In this document: piece after piece, positions 55,563-64,000 of the stretch
Layout of the letters: every line of letters begins with the position of its first letter
Position numbering within the stretch: the stretch's first letter is position 1
Source: Diplonema japonicum
Lineage: Eukaryota; Protista; Euglenozoa: Diplonemea
Reading direction: 5' to 3'
Assembly (NCBI GenBank): GCA_964019335.1
Contig: OZ025712.1
Coordinates: forward strand, 186,001 to 250,000
DNA length: 64,000 nt
Program-made: the position numbers and the translations under genes
The notes under the pieces: generated by a model
Seen by the model: the letters and a program-made list of their open reading frames with translations, nothing else
Database searches by the model: none
What the model was told of the DNA's origin: nothing

Positions 55563-55952
55563 TTACTTCACCGACGCCGCGGGGAGCGGTTTGTGGACTC
55601 GTTTCAGCGGGGCTAGCTTGAGGGGTGCTCGAGGAGGGTCCAGAAGTGCCTGTTCCTGCAGCTCATCTGAGGCAGAACTATGGGATGACGAGGACAGCCC
55701 GAACGGGGAAGAAACACCGAGGGGATCACGCTTAGGGAGCTTCGTCTGGAGAAGTACTCTGTCCATTTTAAGTGGCTCAAGGTTGCGCTGAGTCAGCAAC
55801 CCACCAGGACAACTTGGCTGGCTGTCCGACCACTTTCTTTGCAACACCCGTCCAGCGACACCCTTATCCAACACCAACTCTTCTACGGAAGCACAGTACC
55901 GCTCAGTTGCAGGCAAACACTCATCCAGTGGGGATGCTAGGAGATCGTCCAT
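55563..55952 (-). CDS. Small hypothetical protein (129 aa)
   Basis: ATG-started ORF MDDLLASP... in a complex island, following an A run. Confidence 0.55.
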   Translation of the reverse strand: MDDLLASPLDECLPATERYCASVEELVLDKGVAGRVLQRKWSDSQPSCPGGLLTQRNLEPLKMDRVLLQTKLPKRDPLGVSSPFGLSSSSHSSASDELQEQALLDPPRAPLKLAPLKRVHKPLPAASVK

Positions 55953-55954
55953 GT

Positions 55955-55996
<42 letters not shown>

Positions 55997-56118
55997 TGGT
56001 CTGTTGTGGTTCGAAAACGGGAAAAAAAAAGAAAAAAAAAGAGAATAAGAGAAATGAAGAAAAAAAAAAAAAAAAAGAAAAAAAAAAGAAGTCCATTTTT
56101 TTTTCTCTTTTTTTTTCC

Positions 56119-56435
56119 CGCTCCGGATCCGTTAAGTGACTTATCTAAAATTTTCTTTTCCAATTGCTTTTTCTAGGGCTGGAATGAATTTATTCTTGTG
56201 CCAAAAATCTTTTTTTTTTTTTTTTGGTGATTTGTCTGGCTTTGTATTATGCAAAATGAAGCAAAATGGCCCAAAACCCAAAATGACGACTAGCAATATG
56301 GCATGACCATAAAAAAGTTTTTTTTTTATTGGAACTCGGAACTCACGTTCTTTCATGATTTTTCCCTGTGTACCCGCACCCTTTCCAAGGGAAACCACTA
56401 GAAACGAGGCCGGGTCACTTAGCGGATCCGGAGTG
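56119..56435. mobile_element. MITE-like element with ~22-bp TIRs
   Basis: cgctccggatccgttaagtgac / gtcacttagcggatccggagtg (19/20 core match). No clear TSD. Confidence 0.7.
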
Positions 56436-56770
56436 TCTCTTTCCTCCCCCACGTGTGGATTACATATCCTTTTTTTTTTTTTTTTTTTTTTTTTTCGTGT
56501 GAGGGGGGGATATTTTTTTTTTGTATTTTTTTTCTTCACGATGTTCTACTTCAAAAAAAAAAAAAAAAAAAAAGGAACGGGGCGGGGGGGATGAAGGAAA
56601 TCAGGAACATAACAAAACAAAAGCAGGAAGAAAAGAAATTTGGGTGATAGGATTTTTTTTTTCTTTTTTTTTTTCTTTTTTGCGCAGATAAAAAGAACGG
56701 AGCAGGGGAATTTTTTCTTCTTTTTTTTTTAACAAAAAAGAATAATTAAGTTTTTTTTTTTTTTTTTTTT

Positions 56771-57088
56771 TTTATATAACTCCAGTCAGATCTTCAACTG
56801 TGAGAGCGAACATAATATTTCCGCTTCACTTTATTTTCACACTAGATTTCAGGCTTGTTTTTGGGAAAAAAAAAACAGGTGCAGGAATGAAAAGTACTTT
56901 ATATTCACGCTAGCCCTATTTTCAAATCTGACTGACGTTAAATAAAACAACGGGTTTAGTGAAAGTAGATCCGATTTTCACGTGTGGTGTCATGTTTACT
57001 CGTTGACGTTACTTCAAGAAGTCATATACCCACTCGTTAAGCCATTGCCACCAACCGCGTGAAAAGCATACGATCTTCTATTCACTAA
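56771..57088. repeat. Two adjacent imperfect foldbacks (56771-56946 and 56956-57088)
   Basis: tttatataactccagtcagat / atctgactgacgttaaataaa; ttagtgaa..agatc..ttttcacg..tggtg / cacca..cgtgaaaa..gatct..ttcactaa. Confidence 0.6.
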
Positions 57089-57562
57089 TTAAATAGTTAT
57101 TTTTTTCGGTCCTCCTACCGGAGGACCCAGATTCCTCCACACCCACACAGGCTGTATACCCCACCCCCCCTCCCTTAGAACCCATTTCATCTATTTTCTT
57201 TTGTTGTTGTTCACAACAACAAAAAAAAAATCCTTTTTTTTCCCCCATGCATACCACCCACGTTCAAAGGATGATTTTTTCTTGATGAGTATACAACCAG
57301 TATTTCTATTCACCATAAAAAAAAGAAAAGAAAAGAAAAATTCCGCCATGGCTACCTCGTGTCATGTTTCTTCTCTTTTTTGTTAGTTTTAAAAAAAGGT
57401 TTTAAAAAAAAAAAAGCCCCCCCCGTGGGGGGAAGGGAAATACGGTTTAACAAAGAAAGAAACGAACAAAGATTTTTTTTATTTTTTTTGTAGTTTTGCT
57501 TTTTTTTTTTTGAGGAAAAAAAGAAAAAAGAAAAAGATGGAAGGAGGCCAGGGTCAGTTACG

Positions 57563-57597
57563 CCCTGTGTGCGTTCTTCCACTCGAGTGCCACCGGC
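57563..57597. repeat. SINE-like repeat, copy 4 (end fragment)
   Basis: cgttcttccactcgagtgccaccgg versus 1991 cgttcttccactcgggcgctaccgg. Confidence 0.6.
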
Positions 57598-57808
57598 GGT
57601 GATTGGAGGGAGGCCAGCAGTGAAACAACAACACACATAAATGTAATAATCTTTTTTTTTTTAGAAAAGAAAAAAAAAGGAGACACAGTAATTATAATTT
57701 TGTTCTTTTTTTTTTAAAACACACAAAGAGGGGGGGGGGGAAGTTTTTTTTTTTGCTTGGGAGAGATGAAAACATTACGTTGGAAAAATACCTCTCACAG
57801 GGGATAGA

Positions 57809-57839
<31 letters not shown>

Positions 57840-57889
57840 GCAGTTTCTTCCTACTTTCTTTTCAGAAAAAAGAAGAAGAAGAAGGAGGG

Positions 57890-57926
<37 letters not shown>

Positions 57927-57940
57927 GAAAACCTTCAAAC

Positions 57941-59890
57941 TCACCGAGGCGCCGACGGGGACAGCATGATAGAAACCGCCATCGGCGTGAACTCAAAAAT
58001 ATCAGCAGAAATCTTCACATCCCTTTCCTCAGATGTGATGACCCCATTTTGGTAGGCAGTGTTAACATTGAGAATCGTCTGCGGGTCGACCGTTCTCCTA
58101 TGCGGCTGGAACACACAGTCAAAGGTAACTGATATACTATGCAACGACAACCGTAGCGCACCAAGCCCTTCCAGGGTATCACACGCAATGTTTAACGTAA
58201 TAAAACCCGACGGGCTGTACCATGTGTCCAGCGGGAAATAACACCCTTGAGGTAGATCAGCTCGCGCTGTGACTTTCGAAAGCTCTCTAGCATGCGTGAC
58301 GACGTTGCTGGTGTACAGTGACGTTCGTTCTACAGCTGCTGCTGCATGCTGACGAGCATGAGATGTGTCGAGAAAGATTTTCAAGTGAACAATAAATATC
58401 CCCACTGAATCCTGCTCCACCCACACCGCATCTAATCGCGATGAATTATCTGTTTGCAGCGCTGGCTGGAAAATAGGGTGATAGTGAAAAACGTGAACCC
58501 CAATATGATTTTGCCCCGCGTAAAAAATTGGCCTCGAAGCTCCGTTTCGATCCCATTTGAAATTACACACAACACTGTCAAACGGGGTCGACGGTAACGC
58601 GGGCAACGCCGGTAGAACCGGGGGTTCGGAGAGGGTTAAGGTTGACCGTCTTTCCATTCTGCTCCACGACATTTCAGGAGAATCCAAGTCGGACTCGCTG
58701 TCCACTGTGAAACTCTGGTCCTTTTGCGAGCTGGGCCGTTCGGCATCGGAGTCACCTTCATGACAATCGTCCTGCTGGTCCTCTCCCAACGCATAAATAT
58801 TCGGTTTATCCAAAAAATTTATCTCCTCGATAACCTGTTGAAACGTGTGTGAAATCAGAATAACAGGGAACGCCACCACAAATAACCCTGTTACAATGGT
58901 CACACCACCGATTATCTTTCCAGGGATAGTTACGGGTACTGCGTCACCGTACCCTGTGGTGGTTAAGGTGACCATTGCCCACCAAAACACATGGATGATC
59001 GATTGGAAGGGAGATTTAAGACCGTCGTCTCTGTACCACTCGCGTGATGTTTCGTCGAAGGTCTGCCCGTAAGACGTTTCACAAATGAACATCAACGAGG
59101 AAAACAGCACCGTTGCAATCGTTAGGAAGAAGACGAGCAGCGACAGCGCCATCACCGACCTCGCAAGCGTAAACATCACTATTTGAAACGGTTTAGAGTA
59201 CTGCCCCAACTTCAAAACCCGCAACACTCTGACAAGCCTTAGCAGTCTCAACACCACAAGTGTGTTTGGGCCCTGAGACGAAGCACCTCCCCCAGCTTGT
59301 ATCAACACATACAGATAAAACGGAAAAATCGCAAGAAAATCAATCCAGTTATACCAATCCCGTATAAACAGCCCTGGTGTGGGTGTGGTTAAACCCCGAG
59401 CTCCGAGCTCAATCGTGAATATCGCAGTGCACAAGGCTTCAATTGAAAAAAGCGCGGGGTGTTGCCTGTTGTGGAAACGGGGAAGGGATTCCATGGAAAA
59501 TACAATAACGGACAGGAAGATCAACAAAAGTACCATGACAGCAATACCCGTCGAGACTTGTGCGTAGGCCTTCGTCGGCATTTCGGCAGATGGATCGAAT
59601 GCAGCGTATATTTTCTGTTTTATAGAAAACACCTTCATGGTGTTCAGGTCATACGCCGCCTTCACCTTTTTAATCTTTGCCAGCCGTGCGATGCTCGACC
59701 GATGTGTAGAATCGATGAAGGAGTGGCTCCTCGGAAGCTTTCTGCTGGGGATTGTACCGAAACCGGTACTGGTTCTCCCTACGCCGCTCCCTGCCGTGGC
59801 CACGGACTCTCCCCGACTGTCCTCACGTGTGAACGCCCTCGCGCGGTCATCTTTGAAACTGCCCGGCAAACTAGAAGGCTTCTTAGCCAT
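57941..59890 (-). CDS. Voltage-gated potassium channel (6TM Kv-like, 649 aa)
   Basis: S4 LRLLRLVRVLRVLKL, pore WWAMVTLTTTGYGD, and NWIDFLAIFPFY. Confidence 0.93.
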   Translation of the reverse strand: MAKKPSSLPGSFKDDRARAFTREDSRGESVATAGSGVGRTSTGFGTIPSRKLPRSHSFIDSTHRSSIARLAKIKKVKAAYDLNTMKVFSIKQKIYAAFDPSAEMPTKAYAQVSTGIAVMVLLLIFLSVIVFSMESLPRFHNRQHPALFSIEALCTAIFTIELGARGLTTPTPGLFIRDWYNWIDFLAIFPFYLYVLIQAGGGASSQGPNTLVVLRLLRLVRVLRVLKLGQYSKPFQIVMFTLARSVMALSLLVFFLTIATVLFSSLMFICETSYGQTFDETSREWYRDDGLKSPFQSIIHVFWWAMVTLTTTGYGDAVPVTIPGKIIGGVTIVTGLFVVAFPVILISHTFQQVIEEINFLDKPNIYALGEDQQDDCHEGDSDAERPSSQKDQSFTVDSESDLDSPEMSWSRMERRSTLTLSEPPVLPALPALPSTPFDSVVCNFKWDRNGASRPIFYAGQNHIGVHVFHYHPIFQPALQTDNSSRLDAVWVEQDSVGIFIVHLKIFLDTSHARQHAAAAVERTSLYTSNVVTHARELSKVTARADLPQGCYFPLDTWYSPSGFITLNIACDTLEGLGALRLSLHSISVTFDCVFQPHRRTVDPQTILNVNTAYQNGVITSEERDVKISADIFEFTPMAVSIMLSPSAPR

Positions 59891-60059
59891 GCTATCGACG
59901 GTGGGTTTGATGCGCCACCTTTGAACACCTTCCCCCCCCCCCCCCCCCCCCCCTCTCCTCCCTTTTCCCTGTTCTGTTTATAAGGTCCACTAAACCACGG
60001 GAAAAAGAAGGAAAAAAAAAATCTTTTTTTTTACACAAAACAATAAAAAAGAAAAAATT

Positions 60060-61112
60060 CTAGTTCAACCTTGGCGGTGGTTCAAAAACAGCGTCAGGGT
60101 CCATGGTCACGCCGTAGGTGTGTCTTGCAGGGTGTCCCGGGATGGGTGAGGCGGACGGGGTTTGAATCGTCCTTGGAGGGAACGTGTGGTCCAGAGGGTT
60201 CTCATATGGGGAGGCGTATTCCTTGTCTTCGTACTTCAGAGCGACCTCTGCTGCTGTGTACCCAGACCGTCTTGCGGTAGGGCGGACCACTTCAGGTGAG
60301 TATTCACTCCCAAGGGGCGTCTGTTGATCGGGGCTGGGCCCCCCGACATTGGTCCACCCGTACGAGGTTTTCCCGCAGTTTCTGCACCGCACATCTAAAA
60401 GCGCGTCCTCACGCTGCCACGGCATGATCTGCCCTTGCCCGCATTTGGGGCAAAGCGCGATCTGGCCTTCGGGTACACCGAAAACAGATGGGCTTGCTGC
60501 CTCTTGACCTTGACCATGACCATGACCTTGCTTTGCACGTTTCTTCGCTTCCCGTTTGTCCCTTGATGTCTCCAGCAATCTGGATAGCCCGAACACACAC
60601 ACAACGAGGGCAAGCAGTGTCACGATGATGATGGCAACGATAGCCAGCACAGCAGAGCCGCCTCCAGGGCTTTCTAACTGGTATGTTATTCGGACGGTTA
60701 CGTCTCGCCCCCCTGTGTAACACTGTGCAGGAAGGCTGCGGGGGTTCCACAACAGCAACCAACGGACGTCTGGCCCGTTTGAGTCGCCATAGGTGACTTC
60801 CTTAACTGCTGTATAGGTGTACTCTGATAGCGTTACGCAGTTTGACGTGTCCGCGAAGCTGTTTCTACACAGGACCGCCACACTGGGAACAGAGCATGAC
60901 CCTGTGTTCGGGAGCTCAACTAGCTCCAGGCAGAATATTCGTATGGCCTGATCGACACCCAAGTCCCCCACGAACACCGGTGAGGCGGGGGGGGACGCCC
61001 ATTTAAATGTGAAGGTTCTTAATTTATCACTTGACGAGCTGCACGTACCTGTCTGTGCACTCGCACCGCTCAGCACTAGTAACATGGCTAGAAAGATGAT
61101 GTGGCAACTCAT
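60060..61112 (-). CDS. Type I membrane protein with cytoplasmic zinc ribbon (350 aa)
   Basis: Signal peptide, Cys-containing ectodomain, TM AVLAIVAIIIVTLLALVVCVF, then CPKC..CRNC. Confidence 0.75.
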   Translation of the reverse strand: MSCHIIFLAMLLVLSGASAQTGTCSSSSDKLRTFTFKWASPPASPVFVGDLGVDQAIRIFCLELVELPNTGSCSVPSVAVLCRNSFADTSNCVTLSEYTYTAVKEVTYGDSNGPDVRWLLLWNPRSLPAQCYTGGRDVTVRITYQLESPGGGSAVLAIVAIIIVTLLALVVCVFGLSRLLETSRDKREAKKRAKQGHGHGQGQEAASPSVFGVPEGQIALCPKCGQGQIMPWQREDALLDVRCRNCGKTSYGWTNVGGPSPDQQTPLGSEYSPEVVRPTARRSGYTAAEVALKYEDKEYASPYENPLDHTFPPRTIQTPSASPIPGHPARHTYGVTMDPDAVFEPPPRLN

Positions 61113-61485
61113 TTTTTTTTCTCTCTTTCCCCACCCGTTTCACCCCCTCCCTTTTTTTTACATTTTTTGTTGGTTTTTTTTTCTTTTTTTTTTTTCTTTT
61201 TTTTTGTGAAAAAAAGGAGGAAATACATTTTTTTTTTTCTCTTGTGAGCGAGGTCGTTTTTTTTTTTTTTTTTTTTCTTTCCCTCCCCAATTTCCACCAA
61301 TAAAAAAAAAAAAAAAAAAAAAATTACCACCCTCAAGGCAACAATTTTTTTTTTCTGTTCCCTGTTTTTTTTTTTCTTTTTCTCTTTCTCTGTTCGTGTT
61401 TACTACACTTTTTTTTTTTTTTTTTGTCCTTTATTTATTTTTTTTTTTCACTTCTTTTTTTTTTTTTTTTTTTTTCCTTCAAAAT

Positions 61486-62330
61486 TTACTCCACAACGGC
61501 GTAGAAGTACCCAGCGAGGTAATATCTGATCCCAAACCCGACCATGCTACAGAACACCTGGAACCACATGAGCACGGTGGTAAGGGACCCTTCCTTCAGA
61601 GGGCCGGTTATCAGCAGCGCTACGTTGAGCAAAGTGAGGTTTATGCAACGCGGTGTCGCGTACGACGGCAGCAAAGTATCGGTCTTCGGGTCCCACTTCG
61701 GTACACGGTGCCTGGGACAAGGGATAACCCCGAAAAGCTGCGGCAACGAAATGGCGAAATTAATAAGTTGCGGGAGGAAGAAAAGCATCAGGGTCTTAGT
61801 AAAATGGCCGGTGATCGCCATGACGGCAAGACAAATTCCTGAAAAATATGTGAACGAGTCCCCAACAAACACCTTTGAGGGGTACTTGTTGAACTTCCAC
61901 AATCCAAGACAACAAGCAATGAACGGAAGACACAGCACAAAACTGATTAAATTGGGTCTCCAGTTTGGTCCGTTTAACTGTATCACATTGTGCACTAAGA
62001 CAGAGCATCCAATGACCAACGATTGACCAACTTCCAGACCGTTCACCCCCGCAAGAATGTTGATGCTGTTTGTGCAGAAAACACATATCAGAGACATGGC
62101 CACCACGTAAAGAATGCCGAGGTCGAGGGAAGTACCTAGGTAGTCCTCTACAATGGGGATTTTAGGCAACGACACGTTGGTCGCACCGTCGTAGGCCGTC
62201 ATGATCGGCGCGGTGGAAATGATGGAGAGTATAATTTTGTGTCTCCATCTCACATCAAGTACATCGTCAACGAATCCCAGGAGGAGCATCAACGCGATGC
62301 TGCATATGGCCGCGTTATACCGTGCAAGCT

Positions 62331-62371
<41 letters not shown>

Positions 62372-62458
62372 CCCCATACCGGAACCCTGCAAACCACCAT
62401 CACTGTTAGGATCACCGCCAAATATGTTGCACCAACCACGATACCCAGTGATTCGGGG
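61486..62458 (-). CDS. DPAGT1: UDP-GlcNAc:dolichol-P GlcNAc-1-P transferase (5'-partial; upstream exon outside the window)
   Basis: PESLGIV, LGFVDDVLDVRWRHK, FCTNSINILAGVNGLEVGQ, YPSKVFVGDSFTYF and CPRHRVP. Intron 62379-62329; an upstream intron ends at 62459 (CTAAT..CCCCCAG). Confidence 0.93.
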
Positions 62459-62532
62459 CTGGGGGAAATTAGAAAAAACTCAAGTACAGGACAAGCCCCC
62501 CGCTAGAGGGCCGCCCTATGGGAGGGGGGGGT

Positions 62533-64000
62533 CTATCTGTTAATACTCCCCTTCTGGAGCATTGCTTTCATTCCGATTGAGGCCGTGAGCGTCTTGCGGA
62601 GTCGTGTGATGCGGTCCCGCTTGTAGTCGGCTTTCAATTCCATTAGCTTGTCGTGCGTGGAGCGGGTGGCGAAAATAGGCCTCCTGGAGAAACCAATAGC
62701 TGCCTTTCCTCCAATGGCGATGAGGGACTTCACTCTTTTTCTCTCGTCCGCTGGGAAGGGGCGTCGCTTCTTCCGTGCCCTGCATGCTGTGTTTATCTTT
62801 ACGATGAGAGCTTTGATTCTGCGCGCCCTATCTTCCAGCAGGCCTCCCAAAGACTTTCCGGTCGTCCATTCGAAGTCAATGGCCAGTTCCACCGCCGACA
62901 CCTCCGAGGTGGTGTCCTTCTCCACCCAGCGCAGTTGTGACAACCATTGTAGCAGCGGGTTCAGGTACTGGGACAGGACCCCGCTCACTCCTTCGAGCTC
63001 GCCAGCTATCGGAACGGGGCATTTCTTACCTACCACATTTCCTAATCCACGGTAGCGGCTGTGTGTTGACATCCTCCTTCTGTATGAGCTCTACGTCTCG
63101 TTTCTCAACCACCACGGCTAAGTATCGTTGCAGCTTCTCTAGGTACGCAAAGTCATGTCCTCTCGGCAGAATCGCGTGCAATTCCAGACACAGGGGCCAT
63201 CCTGTCCTGTTGCGCAGTGGTTCCAAGCCGTCCTGTGCTAGCTCTTCCTGTGCGCAGGCGCACTCGTAGAGTTGGTGGCGGAGTAGGGTTACCGTGTCCG
63301 GGTACGGTGATTCACACAGGTCGCACCTGAACCCTTGTGTGCGTGATACTGTCGTTGTTGGGACTTGGCTTACGCTCTCTTCGACTTCTTCGGTGCCGTC
63401 ACCTTCTGGTGCCAGGGGGACGCTTCTTTGATTCGTTCCTGCATGCGGGCTAAGGTAGGGGACCCCTCCGGTGATAACCCGTCTCAGGCAGTAGGACATG
63501 AGCGGGTCTTTGGCTGTTTTCCATAGTTGGTTGGTTTTGGGATCCGCTCCCGCCTCCATCCCTCTCACTGTGTTCCTCTCGTTCGCCAGCGACCTGCTCC
63601 GGGCTTTCCTCACCGCGTCCCTAAAGACGTGTCCGCGTTCGGCCCAGGGTTTGTTCCCACAGTCTAGCAATTGCGCCCAGCTCCATCCTATATAGGGGAG
63701 CCACCGACAGACCAGGTTGCCTACTGGTCCCATCGGGGTGGACCCCGTGCCGTACCCCGCAGCGATCCGCATGCATCTCTGTCGTAGTCGTTCGTCGTCG
63801 AGCGCTCCGGACACCACCTTCAGGGAGTGGTATATCACATAGGAGAGGGGATCGTTAGTGTGCCCCTTCAAGAGGACTGTGTTCACTGCGATAGGAGAGC
63901 GTCCACGGTGGTGAGGGCCCCATAGGTTGCATGTTACCCTTGTCGACAATTTCTTGAGCGTCTCGTCACATGGGGGGGAGAACGGTCCGCTGTAGAGGCA
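62533..64000 (-). mobile_element. Non-LTR retrotransposon 3' region (frameshifted), inside the DPAGT1 intron
   Basis: Homopolymer-free GC-rich block with a post-RT region, zinc knuckle CDLC..H...EC and ELAIDFE motif. ORFs 63949-63026 and 63072-62533 overlap out of frame. Confidence 0.75.

Noticed and set aside
2067-62458. Alternative genetic code or non-canonical introns
   Set aside because: All gene models close with the standard code and GT-AG introns.

Overview
Eukaryotic nuclear DNA, most likely a diplonemid or a related euglenozoan. This is inferred from three things: a strictly one-directional gene cluster, short GT-AG cis-introns, and a spliced-leader (SL) relic with the diplonemid-type CCAACG start. 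The window holds about 26 protein-coding genes, all on the minus strand, separated by spacers packed with long A/T/G/C homopolymers. Recognisable products include a cyclin, an LRR protein, a SnoaL-like protein, a beta-helix protein, RBM22, a TPM protein, PPR-like and RAP/FAST-like proteins, a sirtuin, an Afi1/DENN protein, a MATE transporter, two C2-domain paralogs, a 2H phosphoesterase, RME-8/DNAJC13, a Kv channel and DPAGT1. Hand-built gene models give 17 well-supported introns. Fifteen lie in the last ~36% of their CDS, and many have a poly(A) run instead of a polypyrimidine tract before the AG. Mobile DNA includes two decayed LINE pieces, several MITE-like elements, a piggyBac-like TTAA element carrying a captured Cys-rich gene fragment, and a SINE-like repeat present in four copies. 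Unexplained structured non-coding islands include an SL-headed short unit, a ~400-nt multibranched palindromic element, and a possible decayed HDV-like ribozyme. All calls come from reading the sequence; no database searches were run.
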